This document shows positions 16,423-24,162 of a DNA stretch of 33,978 nucleotides, one piece after another. The stretch comes from Gemmatimonadales bacterium (lineage in GTDB: Bacteria; Gemmatimonadota; Gemmatimonadetes; Gemmatimonadales; GWC2-71-9). Each line of letters begins with the position of its first letter. Within the stretch, counting starts at the first letter, position 1. The notes under the pieces were generated by a model. It was not told where the DNA came from and searched no databases. It saw only the letters and a list, made by a program, of their open reading frames with translations. Position numbers and translations under genes: made by a program. The stretch covers positions 1 through 33,978 of the forward strand of contig DASWKS010000006.1 of NCBI GenBank assembly GCA_036396495.1, read 5' to 3'.

Positions 16423-16923
16423 TCAGGAACCGCCTCGGACGCCGTACATGGCGACGCGCCAGCCGTTGGACTGCGCCTGCAGTACCACCGACTCGGTTGT
16501 CTGCTCCTTCAATCCGCGGATCCGGAAGGTGAGGCGGATATACCGTCCCGGGTGAGTCACCGGCAACGACGGATCAATTTCGGCCTCCAGCAGCTCCCGC
16601 TGGATCCGGTTGGGAAACGGTGCGCGAGCCATCCCGAGAAACTGCTCCCACCGGTCGGTCGACGCGATCATCTGTCGGAGCAGCGGGGCGGCACTATCGA
16701 GACTGGCCGCGTAGGCACCGCTGTCGACCAGCGCTAACCAGGCCAGGGCCGCGCGATGAGCTGCCGCGGTATCGGCCTCGACCTGGCTCTGAGCCACCAG
16801 GTCGCCTGGAGACAGCCCCGCGAGGACCAGGCCCAGAAAAAACGCCCTGGCCGGTGTGAAGGAGATGATCCCGGAGCGTCTGGTGATATATAGGAGGGCG
16901 AATGCCGCCATGACCAGAACCAT
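16423..16923 (-). CDS. DUF4019-family protein (start uncertain)
   Basis: The C-terminal roughly 120 aa (AAHRAALAWLALVDSGAYAASLDSAAPLLRQMIASTDRWEQFLGMARAPF...PGRYIRLTFRIRG...NGWRVAMYGVR) match my memory of DUF4019. The hydrophobic N-terminus is FFLGLVLAGL. The track ORF extends to 17163, but that part is Arg/Pro-rich shadow. The ATG at 16923 has no good SD. Confidence 0.62.
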   Translation of the reverse strand: MVLVMAAFALLYITRRSGIISFTPARAFFLGLVLAGLSPGDLVAQSQVEADTAAAHRAALAWLALVDSGAYAASLDSAAPLLRQMIASTDRWEQFLGMARAPFPNRIQRELLEAEIDPSLPVTHPGRYIRLTFRIRGLKEQTTESVVLQAQSNGWRVAMYGVRGGS

Positions 16924-17239
16924 ACCTGCCCAGACGCCCCTCAGGCGAGTCTTTCGCCGCTCCAACGGACCGTTCACGATTGTGGCGGCGATTCTCGGAT
17001 TCGGGGTCGGTGCCTTTGCGCTCGGCATCCTCCTCGGCCGCCGGCGCCGTACCGGAGCGCCGGACGTCACTCCGGGGACTGGACCGGGCGCGCGCGGTCC
17101 GGTGACCCAGTCAACCGTGACGGTAAACCCGGCCGATACCCACATGGGCGAGCCGGGATTCAACGAGGAGCAGCGGTTGGATGAGGGGATTCAGGAATCG
17201 TTTCCGGGAAGCGACCCGGTCTCGGTGCACATCGAGTAA
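16910..17239 (+). CDS. Small single-pass membrane protein with a C-terminal E-x-FPGSDP motif
   Basis: ATG at 16910 preceded by AGGAGGG (16892-16898). The TM helix is GPFTIVAAILGFGVGAFALGILLG. The C-terminus EEQRLDEGIQESFPGSDPVSV resembles the (E/D)ExFPASDP tail that I recall from many small bacterial proteins of unknown function. Confidence 0.45.
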   Translation: MTRTIPAQTPLRRVFRRSNGPFTIVAAILGFGVGAFALGILLGRRRRTGAPDVTPGTGPGARGPVTQSTVTVNPADTHMGEPGFNEEQRLDEGIQESFPGSDPVSVHIE

Positions 17240-17248
17240 CAGGTCCGA

Positions 17249-17641
17249 TCATATCGGCACCCGCATGAGCCGTTGCATCAACCAGCGGCCATCCGGTTGC
17301 CGTACCCACCAAGTGACAAACCGGCCGTGCTGCTCGCTGACCGGCTGACCGGGGAAGGCCGCACGTTCGAAGTACGAGCCCCAAAGAAAGGCCGACCCGT
17401 TCAGGATCTCGATGGTATCCGGCGTCGCTGCGGCCGAATCCACCCGGATCTCGCCGAAGGAGGCCAGGAAAGCCCGGATGGAGTCCCGCGTGATCAGCGG
17501 AGCAATCCCCGGCTCCAGCAACATCGCTGTGGGAGAAAAGAAGGCCGCGATCGAATCCGGGTTCGCGGAACGCAAGGCGGTTACATAGCGTGCCATCTCC
17601 GACACCACTGCGTTGCGTGATCTCGAGGCGGTGCTCTCCAC
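17249..17641 (-). CDS. SnoaL-like / DUF4440 (NTF2-fold) protein, probably a lipoprotein with a longer N-terminus
   Basis: 130-aa ORF from the GTG at 17641. The C-terminal WVRQPDGRWLM is typical of the NTF2-like fold. The same frame stays open upstream and reads ...ALKGSTFETGVLFLFCLLSCTVSRRE, a lipoprotein signal plus lipobox, but with no ATG, GTG or TTG there (see findings). Confidence 0.62.
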   Translation of the reverse strand: MESTASRSRNAVVSEMARYVTALRSANPDSIAAFFSPTAMLLEPGIAPLITRDSIRAFLASFGEIRVDSAAATPDTIEILNGSAFLWGSYFERAAFPGQPVSEQHGRFVTWWVRQPDGRWLMQRLMRVPI

Positions 17642-17741
17642 CTCCCGCCGCGAAACCGTGCACGAGAGAAGGCAGAACAGGAATAGGACGCCGGTCTCAA
17701 ACGTCGACCCCTTCAGAGCCCCTCCGATGGGGTCGCCCCGA

Positions 17742-18116
17742 TCAACGCCCGGGAACGCCGTTCCCGGGGACCTTGGTTCCCCCCGGGGTGAAGACCTCCA
17801 CCGCCAGCGTGAAGGTTCGCTGCTCGGAGGGCTGCAGCGCCCCGACCCCGACGACGTGGCGGGCGATCTCTTCGCCCCGTTCGTTGCGAATCGACACCAT
17901 CACGGAGTATTCCCAGGACTCACCCGACGGGGGATGGCGAATCGTCCCGTCGACCCGGAGCGGCGAGAAACTCGGCGCCGGCCGCTGTGCCATCCGGGGG
18001 TCAAATCGCAGGTGATGCCGGCAGGCCGGACAAACGGCGGCGCTTTCCAGGATCGTCGCCCGACAATGGGGACAGGTGCGGGTCGTTCCCGCGGCTCCCG
18101 GACGGGCTGTGCTCAT
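17742..18116 (-). CDS. Zinc-ribbon protein of unknown function
   Basis: 124 aa. The N-terminal CPHCRATILESAAVCPACRH is a CxxC-N10-CxxC motif. The ATG (18116-18114) overlaps the bactofilin stop (18115-18113) as an ATGA junction. Confidence 0.6.
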   Translation of the reverse strand: MSTARPGAAGTTRTCPHCRATILESAAVCPACRHHLRFDPRMAQRPAPSFSPLRVDGTIRHPPSGESWEYSVMVSIRNERGEEIARHVVGVGALQPSEQRTFTLAVEVFTPGGTKVPGNGVPGR

Positions 18117-18637
18117 GCCGCGGAGCCGCTCTCCACTTTGACCGGGGCCTTGTGCGGCAGGGCCTTCTCCTCCCAGCCGAACTCCGCGTTGCCCCGCATC
18201 CGCGACCCCGCGGCGACGGTCAACGAACCGGCTTTGAGGTCCCCGTTCAACACGCCGCTTTCGAGAAGCTCCACCCGGGAGGCGGCATCGATGTTCCCCT
18301 CCAGCTCACCACCGATGATGACCGTGCTGGCCCGAACCCCGCCGGTCAGCTTGGCACCGACCTCGATGGTGAGATTGCCCTGAACATGCACGTCGCCCTT
18401 GAAGCGGCCGGCGATCCGGACATGACCCGACCCTTCGATCTTCCCTTCGATGGTCAGGTCGGCCGCGATCAGGGATTCGTTGACCTCACGTTCGACCGTC
18501 CGTCGGGGCAGATCATAGCTGGGGGACAAATCAGGGCGCATATCGACTTCCTTCTTGGGTGCGGGATCAGGGGTTATCGTGGCTGGGACCGGAGCCGGTT
18601 CTTTCCTGACGGGTGTCTGTTCCTTCCAGATTGCCAT
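18113..18637 (-). CDS. Bactofilin (DUF583) cytoskeletal protein
   Basis: Internal ATG at 18637 preceded by AGGAAG. The core LTIEGKIEGSGHVRIAGRFKGDVHVQGNLTIEVGAKLTGGVRASTVIIGGELEGNIDAASRVELLESGVLNGDLKAGSLTVAAGSRMRGN is the bactofilin beta-helix repeat. The N-terminal tail is Pro-rich. Confidence 0.85.
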   Translation of the reverse strand: MAIWKEQTPVRKEPAPVPATITPDPAPKKEVDMRPDLSPSYDLPRRTVEREVNESLIAADLTIEGKIEGSGHVRIAGRFKGDVHVQGNLTIEVGAKLTGGVRASTVIIGGELEGNIDAASRVELLESGVLNGDLKAGSLTVAAGSRMRGNAEFGWEEKALPHKAPVKVESGSAA

Positions 18638-18748
18638 GGTGCTTCCTGTCGTGAGGCAGGGGATTAGCACAAAAGGACTAGCACGGATCTCGTCGCCGAG
18701 CCGTGCCAATCCCCTGACGTTGATCGGGATACCCGAAGATAGCGCGAT

Positions 18749-19660
18749 TCAGCTTCCCTGTCGCGGGGTCGGGTTGCCGCCCGAGGGAATTCCGGTGAGG
18801 AACCGGTCCATCAGCTGGTTGAATTCCTGGGGCTTGTCCAAGTGGGGCCAGTGGCTGGTCCCCGTCATGATGTGGTGGGGAAGGCCCGGAAGCAGGTGAT
18901 GGAGGTCATTGGGCGTGTCACCGGACGGCGTGGCGATGACCAACTTGGGGCCGGGGTAGCGACCCAGCGCCGGCAACGGATCATACGCGAAGGTCGCTTT
19001 GATGATGCTGATCGCGGCATCCTTCGGCAGGCTCCCCATCTCGCTCGAAACCTGGGCCCGCACCTCGGTCTGCGCGTCGGTCAGCAGCCGGTTCCAGTAC
19101 TCCTGGGTCACCTTGTCATAGTCGGATTCGATAGAGGTCATGATCCGGCGAGCCTGATCCTCGGGGATCTTCCCCGGCGTGCCCACCAGCAGCAGTCCCG
19201 CGACGCGGTCCGGGTGGGCACCGGCGTACGCGATGGCGGCGGCGCCTCCCAGGCTGTGTCCGACCAGCACGAACCGCTCCAGGTCCAACGAGTCAACCAC
19301 CGCCCCGATATCGGCGGCCAGAGATTCGATCGCGTAGTCGGGGGTGGCCGGCGCCGCAGACTGGCCGTGGCCGCGCAGGTCGAGCGCCACGGCCCGCCGG
19401 TCTTTTCGCAGGTGGGCCAGTTGGGCCGCCCAATGGGCGGTGTTCCCGGCAAAGGAGTGGACAAAGACCACCGGCATGCCGCCGGTACCGCTATCATCGA
19501 CCTGAAGCAAGCCAGCCGGACCGGCAAACTGCTCCGACCTGGGCTCCTGCTCGCGGGCCGTTTCGGAATACTGGGCGCACCCGGCGCCGACGAACACCGA
19601 CACAGCTCGAGCAAGGGAGAAAGCGAGCGGGGAGTGGCCAGCGGAGGAAAAGCGGAACAT
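18749..19660 (-). CDS. Alpha/beta-fold hydrolase, probable lipoprotein
   Basis: 303 aa. The signal ends in FVGAGC. Also present are the VVFVHSFAGN oxyanion region, the nucleophile elbow GHSLGG and a C-terminal His context (GTSHWPHLDKPQEF). Confidence 0.85.
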   Translation of the reverse strand: MFRFSSAGHSPLAFSLARAVSVFVGAGCAQYSETAREQEPRSEQFAGPAGLLQVDDSGTGGMPVVFVHSFAGNTAHWAAQLAHLRKDRRAVALDLRGHGQSAAPATPDYAIESLAADIGAVVDSLDLERFVLVGHSLGGAAAIAYAGAHPDRVAGLLLVGTPGKIPEDQARRIMTSIESDYDKVTQEYWNRLLTDAQTEVRAQVSSEMGSLPKDAAISIIKATFAYDPLPALGRYPGPKLVIATPSGDTPNDLHHLLPGLPHHIMTGTSHWPHLDKPQEFNQLMDRFLTGIPSGGNPTPRQGS

Positions 19661-19784
19661 GGTAGCCTCCTGACCTGCCTAACACCACCCACGGTCGGCG
19701 TAGGTGGTGCCGCGGCAGAATGCCCCCCCTGGCTCAACTGTAGCTCGGGGCCACGCTGATCGGCAACTGGACCCCTTCTGCCTT

Positions 19785-19812
19785 GGGCACTGGGCATTGG
19801 GCATCAGGCACT
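19785..19812. repeat. Four tandem heptamers GGGCACT GGGCATT GGGCATC AGGCACT
   Basis: Read directly in the intergenic region between the P-loop gene stop (19826) and the hydrolase start (19660). Confidence 0.5.
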
Positions 19813-19825
19813 TACTCCCGCCTGA

Positions 19826-20359
19826 TCACTCTACGCCCTGAATATGCTGCACCAGCCGATCGCTGGCCTCGGCGATGTTCAGGTGTGTTGTGTCGAGAAT
19901 CGGGAGCCCGAGGGCGTCGGCCTGCCCGCGGAGATAGGCGGCCCACGCCGTCATGTTTCTGGACGCCAGCTCGGGGTGCTGGCGTTGCTGCCGCAGCCGC
20001 GCGTCCCGCACCTCGTGACTACAGTCCAGCAGCAGGATTTCCCCCCGGGCCACCCGGTGCTCCAGAAACGCCGCCCGCACGGCGGAGGGACGCACTTGCC
20101 CGTCCAGCACCGCCAATCGAGCCCGGTCGGGGTTGGCCGCCAGGCGGCGCACCCAGTCGCCGGTCATCGCGGTCTGCCAGGCCTCGGGAGATCCAAACTC
20201 CGCGATCATGCGTTCGACCGACGGAACCCCGATCGAATCGAAGAAGTAGCAGTGCACCCCAGGCAGCCGGCGATCCGCCAGCGCCTGCACCAAGGTCGTT
20301 TTGCCGGCGCCGGAGGCCCCCGTCACCACCAGGATGGAATACCCACTCTCCGCCGTCAT
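19826..20359 (-). CDS. P-loop NTPase (small AAA/kinase-like ATPase)
   Basis: 177 aa. The Walker A motif is VVTGASGAGKTT and the Walker B-like motif is ILLLDC. I cannot assign a subfamily. Confidence 0.72.
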   Translation of the reverse strand: MTAESGYSILVVTGASGAGKTTLVQALADRRLPGVHCYFFDSIGVPSVERMIAEFGSPEAWQTAMTGDWVRRLAANPDRARLAVLDGQVRPSAVRAAFLEHRVARGEILLLDCSHEVRDARLRQQRQHPELASRNMTAWAAYLRGQADALGLPILDTTHLNIAEASDRLVQHIQGVE

Positions 20360-20595
20360 GGCATCGATCGGCCGCTAGGCCGCGCCAGGGGGCGCGACCA
20401 GCTCGAGCAGGTCGCGGCCCTCCTGCGCCGATTTCCCCTCGGATGGATCCTGGCGAGGTGCCGGGATGTCGCCGTGCAGGGCCTCACCCAGATCGTGTAG
20501 GTGTCTTTGAGGCGTTCGGCGGATCGGAGGAAGGCCAGTACCCCCTCCAGCTCCTGAGGGTTCACGGGGGCGATGCGATCACCACGGCCGCTCAT
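20356..20595 (-). pseudogene. Remnant of an HD-domain (YfbR-like) phosphohydrolase with an internal deletion/frameshift
   Basis: The track frame gives ...PQELEGVLAFLRSAERLKDTY and then nonsense. Shifted by 2 nt, the sequence reads HDLGEALHGDIPAPRQDPSEGKSAQEGRDLLELVAPPGAA* with its stop at 20377-20375 (my own hand translation). The N-terminal helix and the HD..GD motif block are directly abutted, so the intervening His-containing block and the C-terminal half are missing. Confidence 0.5.
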
Positions 20596-20702
20596 CGGCG
20601 GTTGGGCCGTGGATGGAGGGGACCGGGATGTCGTTCAACCGGAGGTACACCGTGAGAAACACCCGTGCTGGGACGAGGTTGGAATCCGAGCGCCTGGCGT
20701 GA

Positions 20703-21699
20703 TCAGCGCCCGGCGTTGGCCAGCTCCCCAACCGCTGCGGCCAGGATATGCACCTTCGCCTGATCGCCGGCGCCGGTCGCGTCCTGGTGGAGCTGGTTGG
20801 CCAACCGGGTCAATGCGTCACGCTTCGGCTGGCCGGAGAGCTGTTCACTGCGGGACAGCTCGTTCCGCACCGCCGACAGCCGGTCGGACCCGAGGCCGTT
20901 GGACCGCGCCAGCTGGTCGAGGTAGGCGCGCGCCAGGGCGAAGCTCGCGGGCCAGACCAGCTTGGGCTGTTCCTGGGCGTTCAAGTACTCGAATCTCACG
21001 ATTCGCGCCGCGTCGATCTCGTTCTGCGAGATGAACCCGCTGGGCGTCAGTTCGAGAATGTCGAGCCCACGCGAGATTTCCGAGCTCACCAGGTATCCGT
21101 TGTACCAGTAGACCGACCACGACCCGGCGCTCACCAGTTTGGTGGAGTCCATCGGGCCCCGATCGAAGTAGGCAATTTCCCTCGGGTGCTGGATCATGAA
21201 GGTCAGGAAGAGCCGGTCGAACTCGGAGCCCTTGGCGCCATCCAGCTGCGCCAGCTGCTCGGCGGTCAGCATCCCGGGCATGAGCCTGGCGTGATCCATC
21301 CCCGCCATCATCTCATGGGACGGGTCGCCGTGGGGCACGGCCTCGTGTCGTTCCCGAAGCCAGTGCTGCATCAGGACAATCGTCGCGCTGGCCCACCACG
21401 ATGCGTTCGCACAGGGCGCGCAGGGCCTGGCTCGCGCCATGGGTGGGCGCCCAGCCGGCCATCAGCACCGCCTGCGCGTGATGCCGGATCATGCCGGACA
21501 TGAAGTGGACGTCCGCCGCGGTGTAGGGTGGCCGCCCGCTGTCGGCCTTTGCCTGAGCCGCCGGCGTGCGGACGGCCTTCGCGCCGGGGTCCGGCTCCAC
21601 CCCGCGGGGGCCGGGGGTCGTGGTCGCGCTCCTGCAGGCCGCGATGGCAACGCCTCCCAGGAGGGCGGCCGACGTCATTCGCCGAAACCACCGTTTCAT
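20703..21699 (-). pseudogene. DUF305-domain gene, frameshifted and fused in frame to the C-terminus of a beta-propeller (LVIVD-repeat-like) protein
   Basis: Track ORF 21313-21699 has a signal peptide followed by YTAADVHFMSGMIRHHAQAVLMAGWAPTHGASQALRALCERIVVGQRD. The frame then changes near 21378-21383. Track ORF 20703-21440 continues IVLMQHWLRERHE...MLTAEQLAQLDGAKGSEFDRLFLTFMIQH, the second DUF305 half-repeat. At about 21180-21190 it switches abruptly to PREIAYFDRGPMDSTKLVSAGSWSVYWYNGYLVSSEISRGLDILELTP..., which I recognise as the terminal blade/tail of LVIVD-type propeller proteins. Confidence 0.6.
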
Positions 21700-21815
21700 C
21701 GGCCCTCGCTCGCATCCGGATTCGTGTCTCCGATAGTAGGCGACAGGAACCGCCTTGGAAAGTCGCGGCGGAAGTACCGCGCGCTGGGCGACTCCTGCCG
21801 GGTGCTCCGAGTCAC

Positions 21816-22352
21816 CTATCGCTCCCGCCGAAGCCGCATCTCCATCGTCTGGGTCCAGCTGGTGCCGTCCCGGGAAAACTCGCCGATCTCATGCCATAGG
21901 CCATCGGCGAAACGCGCGGTGTTCCGGATCCGCCCGCCCGGTACCTCGCGAGTCCAACTTACGCCGCCGTCGATCAGGGTTAGCGCGAAGTCGCCCGATT
22001 GGCCGGTCGCGATGTAGGAGCGCATTACGTAGCCGCCAGCCCGGGGGTCAAACGAGACCACCGCCAGGGCGTGATGCACCGGACGGGGCGCACCTCCACC
22101 CTCCGAGGGGATTACGCCCAGCCCTTCCACCTGCAGAACGGTTCCCTCCAGCTTTGGCTCCACGATCTCCGTCATCGTCGTCTGCACCCGCTCGCCGGCG
22201 CCGCGGAGCATCCAGGCCTCACCCCGCCACCGCCCGACCATGAAGTTCAGGCGCTCGATCGCGGCCCGGTTGGCGGACCCGTCGGGGGCCTGCGCTTCAC
22301 TCGGTTCGCCAGCCAGGACCAGAACCAGCCCGAACACCGGGGCATGTCGCAT
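21816..22352 (-). CDS. Secreted hypothetical protein (DUF1579-like / lipocalin-like, weak call)
   Basis: 178 aa with the signal MRHAPVFGLVLVLAG...AQA. The block LNFMVGRWRGEAW resembles the DUF1579 N-terminal motif, but the family assignment is tentative. Confidence 0.5.
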   Translation of the reverse strand: MRHAPVFGLVLVLAGEPSEAQAPDGSANRAAIERLNFMVGRWRGEAWMLRGAGERVQTTMTEIVEPKLEGTVLQVEGLGVIPSEGGGAPRPVHHALAVVSFDPRAGGYVMRSYIATGQSGDFALTLIDGGVSWTREVPGGRIRNTARFADGLWHEIGEFSRDGTSWTQTMEMRLRRER

Positions 22353-22378
22353 TGTTGTCGCCCTTGCGGAGTGTGAAC

Positions 22379-22765
22379 CTAGGATCGGGGTTGCCGGGAG
22401 TTCGTGCGGGTGAATTCCACCACAACGGCCACCAGACCAACCAGAATCATCGTGCTCGCGATCAGAAGCAATGACAACGACCCGTAGAAGGCAGGGGGAA
22501 CCGGGGTGACGCGCCGTTCCGAAAGGATGACTGCTTCAGGCCAGGCCGCCATGGCGAGCGCGAAGCCCGGGATCTGAAGCGGGCCACCGTCATGCTCGAC
22601 GACGTACCATCCTAACGACGCGAGGACCGCTCGGGCGACCCCAACCCCCAGGCCGATCCGGAGTGCGCCGCGCCAGAGACTCCGTCGGTCCGGCCGCTGG
22701 CGCAGCTGCCCGTACAGGAGGCCGAATGCCACCAGCAAAAGAATCAGAAGCGCGGGCAGAACCAT
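22379..22765 (-). CDS. Integral membrane protein of unknown function
   Basis: 128 aa with 3-4 hydrophobic helices (LPALLILLLVAFGLLY; IGLGVGVARAVLASLGWYVV; SLSLLLIASTMILVGLVAVVV). Confidence 0.5.
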   Translation of the reverse strand: MVLPALLILLLVAFGLLYGQLRQRPDRRSLWRGALRIGLGVGVARAVLASLGWYVVEHDGGPLQIPGFALAMAAWPEAVILSERRVTPVPPAFYGSLSLLLIASTMILVGLVAVVVEFTRTNSRQPRS

Positions 22766-22779
22766 GTTGGATACGCCAG

Positions 22780-23607
22780 TTAGGGGAGAACCAGAGCGTC
22801 ACGCCGGACCGCGGCCAGCAGATGAGTCCCAGCATCAAGGTACCCCGGCTCACGACACGCAGCCCGCTCATACTCCAGCAGGGCCTCCCACTGGAGCGGT
22901 TCAGTAACGAACTCAAGCTCGACGCCGGTCGACAGCGCGCTCGAGGCCGATAGCCACTCCAACGCCAGGCCTGGGCCCGCCAGAAACTCCCGGAGCTCGG
23001 CAGCCCGGAACAGGTGGCAATAGTGCCGGCTGGTCGGGTCGGTTTGCGCGGTCAAGTCCCCGGTGGCGATGATGGTGCGGATGGCCTCGCGTGGCATATC
23101 CCGGAGGGCGGCGCGGTGGCGGTGCAGCGTTCCCCACAGCGACATGACGCTGAGAAGCAGGTAACCGCCCGGTCGGAGAACCCGAACACATTCCGCCAGG
23201 GCCTTGTCCCGGTGCTCGAACACATAGCTGAATGGTCCACCCAAGGCGACGACGACCTCGAAGGCCTCGGCGTCGAATACCCGCAGGTCGCAAATATCCA
23301 ACTGGTGCCAGGAGTCCACACTGGCGGCGAATCCCCGTGCTTGAGCCGCTTCACGATTCAGCTTCAGTTGCACGGTCGATAGGTCCGCCACCACGACACG
23401 ACAGCCCGACTGGTGGAGAATCTCGGTGAAGCGGCCCGGGCCCGCCCCGATCTCAAGAGCCCGGTCGCCGGAGTGGACGTACTGCTCGATGAGCCCGGTG
23501 TGCATCGCCAGGGAGACCCGATCGCCGAGGGTGCGCTCAAAGCGCTCCCATTCCCCGGCTCCCAGCGTGTCGAAGTAGGCGGCAATTGCCGCGGGGCTAT
23601 AGGTCAC
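22780..23607 (-). CDS. Class I SAM-dependent methyltransferase
   Basis: 275 aa. Motif I is ALEIGAGPGRFT, followed by VVVADLS and the post-II/III blocks VLRPGGYLLLSV. Confidence 0.85.
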   Translation of the reverse strand: MTYSPAAIAAYFDTLGAGEWERFERTLGDRVSLAMHTGLIEQYVHSGDRALEIGAGPGRFTEILHQSGCRVVVADLSTVQLKLNREAAQARGFAASVDSWHQLDICDLRVFDAEAFEVVVALGGPFSYVFEHRDKALAECVRVLRPGGYLLLSVMSLWGTLHRHRAALRDMPREAIRTIIATGDLTAQTDPTSRHYCHLFRAAELREFLAGPGLALEWLSASSALSTGVELEFVTEPLQWEALLEYERAACREPGYLDAGTHLLAAVRRDALVLP

Positions 23608-23625
23608 GGGAAGCGGACCGGCGAG

Positions 23626-24102
23626 TCATTGACGACGGATCAGGCCCTCGAGGTCGAGTGGTCTGGTATACATCATCAGCGCTCCGTCAGCCGTCCGAGG
23701 CCACTCCGCCTCTGGCCGGTCCCAGTACAGCTCGACCCCGTTCCCATCCGGGTCCGTCAGGTATAACGCCTCGCTCACCCCGTGATCCGACGCCCCCTGC
23801 AATGGAATACTGGCTCCCTGTACCCGCCGCAGCGCATCCGCCAGCACCTCCCGCGAGGCATAGCGGATCGCGACGTGATAGAGCCCGGTCGTTCCCGGTG
23901 GCGGCGGTTCCCCGCCCCGGCTTTCCCAGGTATTGAGCCCGATGTGGTGATGATACCCGCCGGCCGAGAGGAACGCGGCCTGGCTCCCCATCCGGAGCGT
24001 GATGTCGAACCCCAGGACGCCGTGCCAGAACCCGAGCGCGCGCTCGAGGTCGGCGACCTTGAGGTGGACGTGCCCAATGGTGGTCAAGGGATCGATGCTC
24101 AT
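23626..24102 (-). CDS. VOC-family (glyoxalase/bleomycin-resistance/extradiol-dioxygenase fold) protein
   Basis: Internal ATG at 24102. IGHVHLKVADLERALGFWHGVLGFDI...GGYHHHIGLNTW...GLYHVAIRY...ASDHGVSEALYLTDPDGNGVELYWDRP is typical of the single-domain catechol-dioxygenase-like VOC group. Confidence 0.85.
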   Translation of the reverse strand: MSIDPLTTIGHVHLKVADLERALGFWHGVLGFDITLRMGSQAAFLSAGGYHHHIGLNTWESRGGEPPPPGTTGLYHVAIRYASREVLADALRRVQGASIPLQGASDHGVSEALYLTDPDGNGVELYWDRPEAEWPRTADGALMMYTRPLDLEGLIRRQ

Positions 24103-24162
24103 GGTCCAGTAACATAGCCCGACCCCCCTCGTAACCCGGACCTCCTCGCCGGGCAACCGGCC

